A DNA stretch of 64,000 nt from the human T2T-CHM13v2.0 reference genome, Homo sapiens (GCF_009914755.1 NC_060925.1); one strand, 5' to 3'; shown: positions 30,950-45,519, counted from the stretch's first letter. Translations and numbers: made by a program. The notes: generated by a model not told the origin, from the sequence alone.

Positions 30950-32337
30950 GAATGGATCTTTTACTCATGCATGATTTTGTAATATGATTCACTAGCCTTT
31001 GGAAAATATTGGTTCACTGAATTATGCAGAATTTCCAAATGTTGACACAAATTATTATATACATCAAAATAATCATACTTGTTAATTTTACCCCCAGTTT
31101 CAGAATAGTCTTTAAGTCATGATGACTACCAAGTTTACAGTGGTGAATACAGGTTTCTCAAAATCTAATTTTTGCTTGAATGCTCAAATTTTATCAGACA
31201 ACAAATAATGTCAGTTGTTCTCCTTGAAGTGACTGGTTCGCTTTGTTTAATTTCAAGACGATATCATCCAAATACTCAAATCCTGAATGATCATAATTTG
31301 TGAGTTGCACACAAAAATGTTCTATGAAAAAATGGCTAGTTCCACTCAAAGGACGGAATAGCACATGTGTTTTCCCTGAAGACTCCCATTGCACTTCAGT
31401 GTGCTACAGAAGTGCTTCTGCACACTTCCCATTTTGTCACACAGAGTACTAAAAAGACATGTGCACAAGTGTTGGAATTTAATATAATTAATAATTTTTA
31501 CTGCTTCATCAAGGATGTTGTGAAATAAAATTGGATTTTCTAAAAACTGTAGTCCATGGCAGTAAAGAAGATAACTATTAGCATGATTTACTGCCACTGT
31601 CTTGATTTGTGTTAAGGTGCCAGGTGTTTACCTACCCTTGATTTTGCACCACCAGTGCAAATTTGAACTCAGTGAAGAAGGCAAATAACATCTTAATACT
31701 GTGGTTCCCAAACTGTGCACCTAGGTCCTCTGGAGTGCCACAATAAACTCACAGGTTACCTCCAGATATTTTAACATTTCCAGGGAAACTCAGCAATACT
31801 CAACATCTGCTGCACATTGTGCAAGTACTAGTTCAAGGTAGTTCAGTTTTAAGGTAGATTTCTCTATGTTGTTTATGATAAAATATCTTTGAAAGCTTGC
31901 TTTTCAGTGCTTTCTATGATAAAAAGCAATGTGGAATAGTAAATGAGAGTTTCAGTATTCCATCTGATTCCAAGGCTTGAGAAGTTGTGCCCACAGATAT
32001 ACACATCCTATTAATAAATAGTTGTGGTTATTTAAGAATAAAGTAAAAATACGTGATTTACTTGTATTATTATTTCAAATGGCTGTTAAGCTTTTAGGAC
32101 ATAAACACTTGAGTTCTTTTGACCGAACTACGTAATAAACAGACTGCTAAGTATTTCCTTTAGCCTAGAAATGCTGTGAGGAAAAAGTATTGAGACTCTA
32201 AGGGTGCCATGAACTGAGAAGTTTTGGGAACTTCTGTCTTTGTATTATCATGAAAAAAATAATTTGAGCTTGGAGGGTCCGTGAAAAGGTCTCAGGAACT
32301 TTCAGGGATCCACAGACTCCAGTTTGAGAACCAATGT
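30950..32337 (-). mobile_element. Charlie1-type hAT DNA transposon with transposase remnant
   Basis: ORFs 31346-31597 and 31194-31394 give ILDEAVKIINYIK...LFSTLCDKMGS and L(H)TEV(Q)W..(S)GK, a Buster/Charlie transposase; terminal ...tttgagaaccaatg. Confidence 0.85.
31699..32236. mobile_element. Non-autonomous hAT MITE (MER119-like) nested in Charlie1
   Basis: TIRs ctgtggttcccaaact / gttttgggaacttctg; 8-bp TSD TCTTAATA (31691-98) / TCTTTGTA (32237-44). Confidence 0.75.
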
Positions 32338-32489
32338 ATTAGTTCAATTATATGCTTCTCAAAAGTCAAATGAAATTGTTAAAAGTTATACTAATTACCT
32401 GTCATCAAAAAATGGGCAATCTCTTTATCTCTCTTATTTTATTGCATGCCCATCTGCTTGTTTAAATTCTGGCACAGGCTACTGTCCTA

Positions 32490-33370
32490 AGGTGCGTTTA
32501 TTCATTGAACTAACATGAATTGAATACATACCAAACACTAGGCCCATTCTTTGGTTTGGAAGTAGTTATGCACATAAAACCTTCCCTCTGTCTTCAAGGA
32601 GCTTACAGCCTTGTGGGAGTGAGTGGCAAAAATATAGATTGCCAATAGTCTTTAAGAAACATTACTGTGATAGCAGTGAACAGAATGCTTTGGGAAAACA
32701 TAGGTTTTCTAATGTAGCTTTGGTGGATTATGAAAGATTCTCTCAAGAGATAATAAGGTGACTATCTCAAAGAATTAAAGAACGAGAGCAAGGAGAGAGA
32801 AAGAGAATACCTGTATGGCTGTATTGAATATGTATTTGAGGCAAAGAATGGTGTTAAATTAAGTTACAGAGGGAGGTAGGAATGTACCACTGCCAAGCTG
32901 GAAAGTTAGGACTTTATTATTGAGAGGCTAATGACAAGTCATTGATGGATTGCAAGGAAAGAACTGATTGATAGATTTGTAAAAATCTCTCTGTGATAGC
33001 AATTAGAGAGAATGGTCTAGTAGGGGGCAAACTTGTTAGGAGCTGGCTGCAAAATTATGGTGAGAAACAGTGAACACCTGAGCTAGATTAAATGTGGGGC
33101 AATGAAGAGAAGGTGTCAGATTAGAGAGGCTCAGGATATTGCATTGATTTGGCTGCGTGGTGGGTGGAAGAGTCTGAGTGGGGAATGAATGACAAACAAA
33201 GGTCAATTTACTTTTTTTAAAAATAGAGGGAGAAGGGCAGGTTTTCAGAGAGAAGGCCTTGAGTTCATTTGTAGTAACTTGAAGTGTCTATTGGATACCC
33301 AGCCGACAGGTGCTTACACTGTAGTAGAGCTAACATCATTTTGGTAACCATACATGGAAGCATGACCAGG
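32490..33370 (-). mobile_element. L2 fragment
   Basis: ttattcattgaac...ttgaatacatacc, ccctctgtcttcaaggagcttacagcc, gagttcattt...ttgaagtgtctattggatacccag. Confidence 0.75.
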
Positions 33371-34949
33371 CTTTATGCCATTCAATTCTTCAAAGAATTA
33401 TTGCCTAAGGTAGGTTTATGATATGCCTCCCAAGCATTGAGCAAAGAACAGGAAAAAAAAAAAAAAAGGAGGAGTTCTCCTGTTGTTTGTAGTAAGCTAG
33501 AGTTAATATTTATAACACAATCCAATGATGCCCGTAATGCTTTCCCATGACACCTACATGGGCAATCTGTGACTGATTTTTAGCATAGCACCTAAGAAGG
33601 GAAGCTGATCATGTGGCTATTTATTTATTTTATTGAAATTGTACTTATTTCTCACTTTGTATAATTTCAAACAGGTGAAAGCTGACAGGCAACATGATTT
33701 CACTTAGCTTGATAAGATAAATTTAAAGTCTGCATCTATTTACCCCCAGTTTAAAATATCAGTAAGTTATGTGAAACAGATAACTTCTCCAGCATCTGGA
33801 GCTCTGTTTCCTTTCCCAGAGGGAATTATATGCAGCCTGTCTCTTTTCCTTCTCATGTAGATCCCCCTCTCCCAGGCCCAGCTCTGTGTGTAACCAATGA
33901 GACTGAAGGCCACTTACTAAGCCTGGGCTACTCAAACAAGAAAGCCTTGACACTGAGCTGCAGCCACTTGATCATTCACTGTGGGAGCTGAACAATCCCC
34001 TCACCCTTAGGCTGAACCCAAACAACCCAAAGTGAATCAAAGATATCCCATCACATTTGTCTTTGAAAATAGCCTGGGGCTCTATCGTTTGAATTGATCC
34101 TTGAGCCAAAGATCCAGGCCATTTGCAGAGATCTTGGCAATAGGAACCTCAGCTGTCAGCAAGCAGAAGCAGTGAGTTAACATGAACATATTTAGTGAGG
34201 TGGAGTTAAGGAAAATCCATTTTCCAAATCCTACATCAAGACATCTGACATTCTTGATGGTACTTTAGACAGAATCTGGCTCTTTCCAGGATAATTTTCC
34301 CCAAAGAGTAAAACATCTCTGTCTTGGACTCCACTGATTAGAAATTCAGACCAGAGAGTGACAGAAGTTTACTTTTGTTTTACCTAAGAAAAAAGTATTT
34401 TGCTGTAAAAGAGTCATGTAGTAAAAAGACCACTGGACTTAGAAGACAGGAGTTTTGGTGCATGCTCTATCACCTGCTACTGTGACAGGACGTTTTATGA
34501 GCTATTATAAATTTTACTGATTGTATTTTATTGATTTTATTGTTTTCTTCGTCTTTAGTTTCCAAGCTGATATCTAGGGTCTTATTATTTCTTTGCATCT
34601 AGGAGTTTTGCAGGACTGAAAGCAGGAGTTATATGAGGTCAACAGCTCCTTCCATCTTTTGTAAATTCCCAACGTGACTGAATCAAGGTTAGTCACAAAT
34701 TTTACAAGGTTAAGATTTTGGCTTAATTGTTCTGCCTGTCTTTTTCCCTGGCACTTCCCACTATACCAATGCTGAACACAGAAAACAAGCACATTGACTG
34801 AGGTGTGCCAGGGAAGGTCAAAAAATAAAAGAAAGAAAAAGACCTGTGAACACAGTAACAAATTCTGCTGGCACAGACGTAACTTCTTTATTAAAAAAAG
34901 GAAAAAACAAAAAAAGCAACTTAGTCTATAATATCTGTGTAGCATCGGA

Positions 34950-35110
34950 ACTGACCATCAAGTTGAAGATTTTCTACCATCATAGAATGTCAGATTCAGT
35001 AGCAATTTTGAATATCATCTGCAACCTATTCATTTTACAAGTGAAGAAACTGAGATTTTTTTGATCCTAATGACCAGCAGCTATGCATATCTCAAATGCT
35101 GAGCTACAGC
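34950..35110 (-). mobile_element. MIR SINE
   Basis: catagaatgtcagatt...cattttacaagtgaagaaactgag. Confidence 0.65.
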
Positions 35111-35464
35111 TTGTTGGTTGATGCAATCAAATTTAAAAATACAGGTATAACAGTTTGTTATAGGAGGAGATTAAATGTCTTATCATTTGGGCTTTCCTTC
35201 CAGTTAAGTTTTTGGTAAATTATTAGCACGATGATACTGTCACAGTATCTTCATATGCCCCCTCTCACACTACAAAAATGTGAAATTCAAGAATGCAGGT
35301 TCCCTTTGCTGACGTTGTTATTATTCTGGATGGCCTCAATCTAAATTGGCTGACTGCTCCATAAGACAAATTGAATTGATGCCTCTTGAGTTGAAGTGCC
35401 ATCTGAATGATCATCCAAACAAGCCTGACATCTTTTTCTCTGTTGATCTCTAAAAATATATATT

Positions 35465-36047
35465 TATATCAGTCTGGCTTCAGAAAAGGAAACAAACTAA
35501 CAAACAAAGAAACAGCCTTAGGTATTTTAAGCAGAAATAATTTGATATAGGGGATTCAGTTTGCAAAATTTTTATAATGATTATAAAATAGGCTCCAAGG
35601 TGAGCCTCCAGGAATGACTTCTAGAACACGGAAGAATTCTCCACAGGAAAATTGTTGCTTTTTTGATCATTGAGAAAGTGGAGAGTCAAGAAGTCACCAC
35701 CGGAACTACTGAATTTGTTTACCTAACAACACTAACTGTGAGCTAGGCATCAGGAAGTTATGGCTACCACTTCCACAACTAGTTCTTGGTAGTCATGAAA
35801 CTGGTGACTGAATACTAGAACATTGACCATTAGCTGCTACATAAATGGCCTCTTGAAAGACATGAAACTAGGATCTGGACACTGAAACCCTGCTGCAGAT
35901 TATACCCACAACTCCATGATCTTGCTCACTCACAGAAATCAACCAAAGCAGCAAGAAGATGGTGTTGGCCTTGCTTGTACATGGCAGATTCTATGTCACT
36001 GCAAATTTTTGGTGGAGCCTAGTCTATATCTACAGCTAACATCCAGA
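35465..36047 (-). mobile_element. Ancient ERVL/Gypsy-class solo LTR, subfamily uncertain
   Basis: atcagtctgg...ttaggtattttaagcag...ccaggaatgact, repeated caggaag units. Confidence 0.45.
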
Positions 36048-36179
36048 TACAAGGGGGTATGCATGATGTTACTTCTAGTTGTATACTTTCTGAAGTATAG
36101 AAAAACTGATCAAAAAAAGGGGGGCTGGAAATGGATGCTAAGTCCAATTTGCCACATCCACTGTAACATCTGAGGATGT

Positions 36180-36870
36180 TTACCTCAAATGACATTAGAA
36201 ATCTAAACTCATTATTTTTGTTTTCAAATACTGTTTTCCTCCTTTGTTCTACCTTAGTTAGTGGCACTAAGGTACATCTAGTTTTCAAGTAAAAAACCTA
36301 GAAGTTATCCTTGATTTCTCTTCTCTCCCTTTCCTGTATCACCCGGTATAACACAAAGATCTTTCTCTTACACCTCCTAAATCTTTCCACATGTGGCCTT
36401 TCTCTTTATTCTTATGGCCACTTTTGATTTCATACTCTCTTATTTTTCTCTGGGACTACTCCAACAATTTATTTATTTATTATTACATTTTTTTAAAGAC
36501 TGATTCTTGCCATGTTGCTCGGGCTGATCTTGAACTCCTGGGCCCAAGCAATCCTCCCGCCTAAGCCCCCTGAGTAGTTGGAACTATAGATGTATGCCAT
36601 TGTGCCTGGCTATTCCAATAATCTCTTATTTTAATGTGCCTCTCAGCCCCGTGGATCATCCATTCTGCAGCCAGAGAAATCGCTCTGAATGCCAATGTGA
36701 TCATTTACATCTTTCCTGAAATAACTGCCGTGTCCATGTTTCCAGCAAGGAACATGTCTCCCATTCCCTTCCTCAACCAGTGCCTGAGTCCTTTTCCAGA
36801 TTTATTCTCTGATGCTTAGTCTTCCTTATGCTTTGCACTCAGTCTTTTCTGAAATAATTGTAGCCACATC
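36180..36870 (+). mobile_element. L2 fragment split by FLAM
   Basis: aaacctagaagttatccttgatttctc...cattctgcagccagag. Confidence 0.7.
36469..36610 (-). mobile_element. FLAM (free left Alu monomer, FLAM_A-like)
   Basis: Single monomer with gagtagttggaactatag; TSD tactccaacaat (36457-68) / tattccaataat (36611-22). Confidence 0.85.
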
Positions 36871-36884
36871 GAAAATGTCTGCCA

Positions 36885-37970
36885 TCAATCTATCTATTCA
36901 CCCATTTATTAAATATCTTATATTTATAAAATATCTAATATAGTCAGGGAAATGAAGACCAGTATTGCTTGGTAATTATCTACAAGGAGTTCACTGTTAC
37001 AGTTTATAGTAAACAGAGGATGACAGTATAGTGTAATAAATAATTTCTCTATACAAGATTATTGGATGGGGTAGTCAGAAAAAGTTTTCTCACATTGTGA
37101 CACCTAAGCTGAGTCTTGAGTGGTGAGTACCTGGTAACTCAATGAAGACAAAGGGAGGAAAGAATAAGGAAATAAACTCCAGATAGAGAAAGAAGGGTAC
37201 ACAAAGTTAGTGAGGCCAGAGAGAGCAAGGTTTTTTAGAGTTCAGATTGCTGATGAATATGGAGGAAGTGAGAAATTGTGTAAGTCACAGTTCTTCAGAA
37301 AAACAGAAACAATAGGATGTATATTAAAAAAATATTTATTTTAAGGAACTGGCTAATGTGGTTATAGTGGCTGGAAAGTCCAAAAATCTGCAAGGCGGGC
37401 TGGCAGGTGGCGACCGAGAGAAGAGTCAATATTGCAGTTGAAGTCTGAAGGCCATCTCTTGGCAGAATTCCTTCTTGCTTGAGGGAAGTCAATCTTTTGT
37501 TCTAGTGATGACTTTAACTGATTGAATGGGACCCACTCACATTATGGAGGGTAAACTGCTTTAGTCTGCCAATTTAAATGTAAATCTCATTCCAAAGCAT
37601 TCCTCCCAGAAACCACCAGAATAATGTTTTACCAAGTGTGCTAAGCCAAATTGACATATAAAATTAACCACCACAGGGATAAAACTGAACTCAAGGTAAG
37701 AAAGGCCAGATCATGAATGCCGTGCTTGGGAATTTGGACTTTGATTTTGAGGTCAGATGGAATCATCAAAGAGTTTTAAGCAAGGGGGTCACTTGGGCAG
37801 ATCTACGACTACAAAAACTAGTTCTGCTAAGAGAGTAGAGGACGGAATGAAGTAATGATAAGGGTTACAGCAGAGAGGGACCTTCAGAAGAGGAGGGAGA
37901 GAAATTGGAAACTGAGAAATTAAACACAGGAGGCTCCTGCAGCAATCAATATAAGTAAGAAATCATGATG
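36885..37970 (-). mobile_element. L2 fragment split by MLT2
   Basis: L2 motifs continue across 37277-37675 (aggccagatcatg...gagttttaagcaaggg). Confidence 0.7.
37277..37675 (-). mobile_element. MLT2C/D-like ERVL solo LTR
   Basis: tgtgtaagtcacagttcttcagaaaaacagaa...cattatggagggtaa...aaattaaccaccaca. Confidence 0.88.
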
Positions 37971-38056
37971 TTCATATACCTCTGCTGTATCAGCCTACTA
38001 TATGTTTCCACCCATTGTCCAGTTGGAAAAATCCTATTTAGCTATCAAAACCTACT

Positions 38057-38651
38057 TGTGGTAAACAGAATTCCAAAATGACCCCAAAAAGTCACACCCT
38101 TATATAATCCCCTCCCACTGAGTGCTGGTGAGACCTGTGACTGTGAGAGGATATTACTCCTGTGATTACATTATTTCATATGGCAAAATGGGGGGGTTTA
38201 CAGATATAATTAAAGTCTCTACTCAGCTGATTTTAAGTTAGTAGAAATGAAGATTTTCCGGGTCTGGCCTGACCTAATCAGGTGAGCCCTGAAATCAAGG
38301 TTGAAAAGTCAGAGATGGAAGCAGCAGCACCAAACCAGCAGCAGCAAACGTTTCACCCCTGGTCTTAAAGAAGCAAACTGCCATGTTTAGGAGAGGGCCA
38401 TTTGGCAAGAATTATGTGGCTAAAGGTCTCAATCCCATAATCACAAGGAACCGAATTCTGCCAACAAAGCCTCAGATGAGATTGCTGCCCTAGCCAACAC
38501 GTTGACTATAGCTTTGTGAAGCCCCGAACAGAGGATCTAGCTAAGCCATGCCTGGATTTCTGAAATATCGAACTGTGAGATAATAAATGGGTATTGCTTT
38601 AGGCCATTGAGTCCAGGGCAATTTATTCTGCAGCAATAGAAGATCGACATA
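38057..38651 (+). mobile_element. MLT1E-like MaLR LTR inside an L2
   Basis: tgtggtaaacagaatt...ggcctgacctaatcaggtgagccc...aactgtgagataataaat...gcagcaataga. Confidence 0.85.
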
Positions 38652-40850
38652 CCTCCTTAAAATTTCTCTCTTCTGAGATCTTTGATTTACTTTTCTCCCT
38701 GAATGGAATTAGTTACTCTTCCTTCTGTACCACTACTATGAAGAGTAAATATTTATATTGTTGCATTTATCTTGTATTATTATGTATTTGTTTACGTTTA
38801 TTTTCCACTAGACTCCCAGCTAAAATCATCTCTCTATCCTAGAGCTCTACCACAGTGAATAAAGCATAGCAGGTGCTCCTCAAATTAGGGAATTGAGTTG
38901 ATCATAAAGATAATAAATATTTCCTAAATAACACTCAGGAAATTGAATCAAATCAAATACTAGCTTTATCTTTGGGATTTTTGGCCACTCTTTCAAGCAT
39001 TACAGGTAAGATCTAAACAAGGAACACATCATATTAATTATGATAGAATTCTAGGAGCTTGTAGAAGTTTCTTAGAAAAACACAATCAACTTTCTAGAAT
39101 GAACTATATATCCTTCGCAGAGTCAGGGACTGATTTAGTCACCACTAAAAATCCCTCTAATTATGCCACAAGGCATAATTTCCCAAGAATACAACTAACA
39201 TAACAGAAAATAGCTTCTTGAGCTGGAAATGCAAGCTACCTCACATTTGGTAGCAGTTTATAGAGACATTTCCCCTTTTCGATGAGATGAGGTAGGTGGT
39301 GATAGGAATAGTGTCTGAGGAGAGTCCGGAAGAATATGAGTAGCTGGATTTAATCTGAACAAAAGAGAATTGTTTGCATCCCACATTTGGACTAGAAAAT
39401 GAGAGGTGTAAGTGCCAACTGCCAAAAGCCATCATCTGGGATCTGGACATGTTTCAAGCTCCTCCAGATATCATTCAAAGCTATTTTAGCTCTATGAAGA
39501 CAGGTCAAGATGGATACATTCAATATGCTGATTTGCCCACTCAAACAAGAATGAAAAGTTGAAGGAGTCATCTTATTAACTCACACTAATTCTAATCATG
39601 GAAATAGTAGTGGTAATGATGCTTTCTGATACTGAGGTTAAAGGAGAATTAGACCATAAGTAAGTCAAATGCCAAAAAAAAAAAAAAAACTATTCGGATT
39701 TTATAATTCCCCTATTGCCCATCCTGCCTAATGAAACACAAAATATGAAAGGAGGAAAAAAAAAGTTCTGCATTATATTCAGTGACTAGATGTTTGAGCA
39801 AATGAAATTTACACATTAAATTAGCTGGTGAACTTCTCTAGAAGCTACAGGAGAGGAGCACCATGGTTTACAGGCCTCACTCTGCATCCCTAGCACCAAG
39901 CACAATGCTTGGCAAATTGTAGGCAATCAATAAATATTTGATGACTGACTTTCCAGGAAAACATACTAAAGCAGAAAATAATAGCAAAATCTTAACTAAA
40001 TGAAATTACTAAAATCTACAGCTGGCAAAGCTCTTCTCCCTCCCTTTTTCAGGAGATTAATTGCTGTACTTAACATTTGTAAAGTATTTCTGACACATCA
40101 AAATGGCCAGAGGGGAATTCATACTGAAAATCTAATTCGTTATTATTAATAAATTGCTTTGTGGTCCCAGCTATTCCCTAGGGATGCAGATATGGGAAAG
40201 AAAGGGAAACTCACTTTTAATATTTTTCTCAATGTCTTAATTTGGGAAAACTCTGAGGTTTTTTTTTGGTGGTTCATTCTGAGGTCTGGGCAAAGGTTCA
40301 AGCCCATTCCTGAGTTATCTAAACTGATTCATCCTCCCCCATCCAAAGCCAACAATTGCAGAGGTTTGCAACAGTACTATGCCCTAACTACTTAGTGCTG
40401 AGAGGTTTTTAATCTTTTTCTTGTTGGTCTCCTTATCTTCTGGTGCTTCTCTGTCTCATCCCCTTTTCCAGAGGCTCCCAACATAATCAGCATCTCCTAC
40501 AGCTGATGACAGACACAAGGAGCAGATGAACTAAAAGGTTAATGGAAGGGGAATGGTAAATCCAGCCTGACCTAAAGAAAGAAAAGGCCACTGGAAATTT
40601 AGCTGGGTTACAAGTGAGCAGAGATAGCTAAAAGAGACTTTAAAGAGCTTAGAACTGGAGTCAGAAAAAGGCATTCAACAGGTCAGCTGGTCATTCTGTC
40701 AGCCCCAAGTAAATTTATTGTCTTGGAAAATTAAAAAATATATGTATTTTATATATTGAAATTTCCCGAAGAGCCAATACATTCACACAATACATTCCAG
40801 TAGCTTGCCAACTTCTTCTCCTGGAAAATTCTTCCAAATTCTTATGATCA

Positions 40851-41297
40851 TGTGTTAGTGTTTCCTTTCCAGCACCCATCCTCTCTTATTGTGACAAGAT
40901 CGCCCATATTTGATTGTGGAGAATGATTTCTCTGCCATTGAGCACTACATTGATGAGACTCTGAATCAGGATATGCAAGGCTGAGCAAGTGACCTACAGT
41001 GATACTACTGGGCTTTTCCTCTTAGGGCTTTGAAAACGGAGTGAAACAAAAATGAAATAAAAATGATTTGTGCTATCTCAACACAGTGGTGGTGCCCAGA
41101 GAACTTTAGCAATAGTTTTTGCTACATAGAATCTCAGAGTTGGACTATATTTTTTTGTCCTTTTTGAGTTTGTTTATTTGGTGTTCTCTCCAGTAGATGG
41201 ATGTCCTACTTCCTATCCTTCCAACAAATTTTCTTTTGCTTTTAACTTAGAGTTAGTCTCCATTGCTTGCCACAAAGAAACTATAGGAGACAAATAC
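40851..41297 (+). mobile_element. Old MLT1-family LTR
   Basis: 3' end tatccttccaacaaattttcttttgc...ccattgcttgccacaaaga. Confidence 0.55.
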
Positions 41298-41829
41298 TCA
41301 GCCTATTCTTATGTGGTATTCTTTCAAGGAAATATATGATGACTGATAACATAGGTTTATGATAAGTTCTCAGACAACAAGATGGAGCAGGCAAAAGAGT
41401 CTAGAACTAAACAATAGCATTCTAGTTCAAACTGTTTACTCCGCAGTCCTGTACCATTACAAATCTTTCAAAGTGTTATGACTGCAGCAGGTAAAACTTC
41501 GCTCTAGCTGCACTTGTGGTTCTAGCTGGAAAAATGAATTCTATATAGACTGGTAACTAAGTGTGATTCCAGTGCTAAGCCTGGTCTCTTTCAATGGTGG
41601 AAACAACAAGCTCACTTCTGAAAGAAGAAAAGGTTCAAAAATTTTCTTTGAGTTACAAACAAGCTCCAGCTACATGGACATGAATTATCATGCCTGGATC
41701 TCTAACTGCTTAGCTTTTGTCATCCCCTAGAGTCAGGGCATGACATAATTGTGGAACTTCCTGAATTCTTAACAATTAGTATGAAGAAATTGGGGGCAAC
41801 CATATTAAATATATTGGGCTCAGCGAGAG

Positions 41830-42240
41830 AGAACACTATAGCCTGTGGTCTTCTAGAAAGGTTTTGTGGACAAGGTGGGATTTGCTTTGGACCTTGAGTG
41901 ATGAATAGCATTTGAAAAGAATAAAGTGGTAAGGCCTTTCAGGCATGAGAAATGAGATGAGTAAAGGCATTCAGGTAGAAAAGCACAAGGCGCATCTGGA
42001 GGACAGTGTTTAGGACAATAAAAGTATGTTTCAGTTGGATGGTGGAGAACCTTGAAAAACCAGCTAAGGGGTTTCAGTTTTACCAACCAGGGTCTTGATG
42101 GAGTATAAAAGAAATGTGGTGAAATGATGGATAGAAAGGCCAATCTAGGGTGGGATACAGGAGAGGAAAGCTTGGAGAAACTAAAGGTAAAGACACTTGA
42201 GAACTATGGGTAAAGGTTTAGAGGAAAAATATTATAACCC
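41830..42240 (-). mobile_element. L2 fragment
   Basis: agaaaggttttgtggacaaggtgggatttg...gaccttgagtgatgaatagcatttg. Confidence 0.55.
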
Positions 42241-44959
42241 CATGATATAATTTTTGATCGCCACTTGTTTTGTTACCACGTTCCTGGCATCAATTAGTTT
42301 TCTAATGGCTCCCATTGCTTCTGTAAGGAGATTATAGGAACTTTTCAGTTAACTAAAGATCCTAATGGGTTAGATCTAAATAATCAGTTTTGCTTGGCCT
42401 GTATTGAGTCACAGATAAATCCTGGGTGCCACAGTAAATGCCAAGCCAGCCCAATGCACCCATTCCTGCCATTTACATTGGGGCAATGAGGATTTATTTA
42501 CCTTTTGCTACGCTTTATTGCTTTTTTCTTCTGCCATTCAAAAATATATTCAGCAAAACTGCTAAATCTCTTTGGGTGCTAACTTAGCTTTTCTTGGCCA
42601 GGTATCAGAAATTTAGGCCAAATATTCTTACAAGTCTTTAGTGTACCAATGAAGAGGAAAATAAATTTTGTCGTGCTTGTGATCCTCAATCAGTCAGTAT
42701 TGACTGACTAGGGTGCTGAGGTAAGAAGAATTGTAAGAGTCTGTCTGGGCTCAGTGGGAAAGAGTCATGATTGATTAGGAGGAACATCCACGGGTGAGGA
42801 GATGCCACTCTGATCCAGAGACTCAGGTAGCAGGGCTACACTTACACTAGGTAAAGCATGATTTCCTTCACAATATAGTAGTAGGTCTCAGGAAAGCCCT
42901 AGTGTTTCCAAGGGTCCATTCAAATAATCCCAAGAGATCTTAAAGTTGAACTAATTCATTTAAAGCATAAAGAACTTAACATTCTTTTCTGCTGTGTGTG
43001 TGAGGGGCAGAGGATAAGATCCAAGGGTCTGAGGAGGAAAACAGAATCATTATCTTGGAGATTAAAATGAAAATGGAATTGCTTTGCAAATGGTTTTTTA
43101 ATACAATGATCATCTTTTCTAAACCAACAAATGGAGACACTATATAACAAGGAATTCTTTGTAACTTAAAAAAACAATTATATTAACATTTTTTAAAACT
43201 ATAGTTAATAAGTTTCATTTACTTATGAAAATAAATGATATGAAGTTGAGACTGTCCCTGAAATTCAAAATATCTACTTAACAAATTTCAAAGTACTAGA
43301 CATAGTATAGTGTACATAGTATTATTACCATTTGACTTGGATTTGTAAGGCATATAAAGATTTTCCTGCCCATTGGTTGTTATTTTGATAGATACTCTGG
43401 TTTATACTTTAGAATTCTGAAGTCATCACATAAAGCCTATAGTTTAAATGAAACTGCATGTGGCCAGATGTAAGTAATCAATGATAAAAATGTGTTTAAC
43501 TTTAAAAAACACCAATATTATAAATCTTGTAAATCTTTATAAAGCAGACTGATTGGAATTGGAGACTCATATGATGAAAACTATGAATTTTTATAAAAAG
43601 GATATTTTCTTCTTTATAGGTTAAGTTACATTTCAATGATTATTTTCTTGATACAGGATTTTGGATGAGAAAGAGTGAAAAGGATATTATACACATTGAA
43701 ATCAATCAGAAATTGGGTAAAAGGATCCTTACAAAAATAAAATAATCCTTTGTTAGTTTTGGTTCAAGTTGTAAATATTTGACTAATAAAGGACATGTAT
43801 CTATTCTAATAATTCAACCACAAGTCTCAGGTATAGTCATTGTGGTAATCTGATTCTTGAAGTCCACTCCATAAGTAATATTAAATTGGGAAATTTTCAT
43901 CACAATCACATAGAATAAGAAAATATTTCATAAAATTTATCATCATCATCATCATGAAACATTTATTGATCATCTACAATGGTCAAGAATCTCTATTAGC
44001 ACTCAGATAAACAAGGGCCTGTATTCATAAGTGCCTAGTTTATAAAATGGCAAACATGTACTACTAAAATAAATTAGTTTGGAAATAATAGGAAGGGAAG
44101 CAGTACCATAACCCTCAAACAAACATTAGCCCAATAGCAAATTAACTGAAATACTTCTTTTAAAATGATATATACTATTCAGTCATGTTAAAGGAAGTCC
44201 AAAATGTTCTTTTCTATGATGCACTAGTTGGGTCAGTTGGTTTTGTTATTTGACACCCCCTTGGCTTGGATTCCACGCTCTCCACCCTCTTTCCACTCCT
44301 CCCCTTGCCCAGCTGGTGTCTGCGTGTGGGGCTGAGGGGAGGCTATTGCACAACACCACACAGCAAGAAAGGGACAGACTCTGGCAACGGGGACCCCAGA
44401 GATTCAAACCAGCTGCTTTAAAAGGCATCTCTCAATGTCCCCACCCTGCCCCTGACAAAATCACAGTGATCTTGGAAAAGTTACAAGATCAACTTGCCTA
44501 TTTGTGCAGATGTATCCAATGTAGACATCACAGCCTGTAGTAAAAAGAGGAAACCATTAGGTGTTAAGACCAGCTCCTTCACTACAGTGTTCTGTGATGC
44601 ACCTTATGAAACTCTTTCTGCTCTTTAACTCAAAAATGGACCCTCCCCCACCAAAAAAAGGACACAACTATTCCCATTTCTGGAGGACACTGTGAGAACA
44701 CTCCAAGAATATGAAGTAGGTAAGAACACATTAGACATTGCCATTGTCATGAAGAAAAAAATAAAAAATAATAAAAGTTATAAATACTTTGTAGTGAGAT
44801 ATTTTGAATTCCAGGAAACATTTAAAACAAAGTTTTATAGGCTGAATGTGGTGCTAGAAATGTGACCATGTAAAATGAGAAACTCTGCTTATTCTTATTG
44901 AGGCGCCTGATTAAATAATCATTAAATCTGTGTGTGCTTGGCAGATTTCAGATCACATT

Positions 44960-45120
44960 CTCATGCATCTCTCATTGGGTGCACAGAAGCCACATGTAGC
45001 GAGCTGGGCAGCCAGCATAATCGCCACCTTGTAAATGAAAACACTGAAGTTCAGAGAGTCTTGGTGGTGTGACACAGCCCAGGACTACCAGATTTAGAAT
45101 TAAAGCATGAAAGGTGTGAC
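44960..45120 (-). mobile_element. MIR SINE
   Basis: gtaaatgaaaacactgaagttcagagag...gacacagc. Confidence 0.6.
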
Positions 45121-45519
45121 TACGGAAGTGACTTTGAGGATAGATTTTTACGCTAAGGAATATTCTTGAAGGTTCTTTCTGGCATTTCACCAAGATGAAT
45201 CTGTAAGCAACCCCAAGTAAGGAGGCTCATTTCAGGATTGGTCATTGCTCCTTACAATGCTTCTTAAAAAGTCAGGATGCCAAATATGTCTGTAAACATG
45301 AACTTCATAAGGATATACACTTAAAAAGAACCAAAGAAACGGAAGCTACAAAGATGTTAAGTGGGTTCTCCAGGGGAATTTAGGTAAGGTGAAACTAAAG
45401 CTATGCCATGCCTCCAGTGAAGAAGGAACATTCATTTGTTGATGGCACTCTTTCCTTTGCCTCATCTCCACTTCCAAATATTTTACTCTGAAATCATTTT
45501 CAAACATGCAGAGAAGCTG

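Noticed and set aside
38990-39012. Strong donor CAG|GTAAGA
   Set aside because: No convincing paired acceptor or ORF; isolated donors are common.
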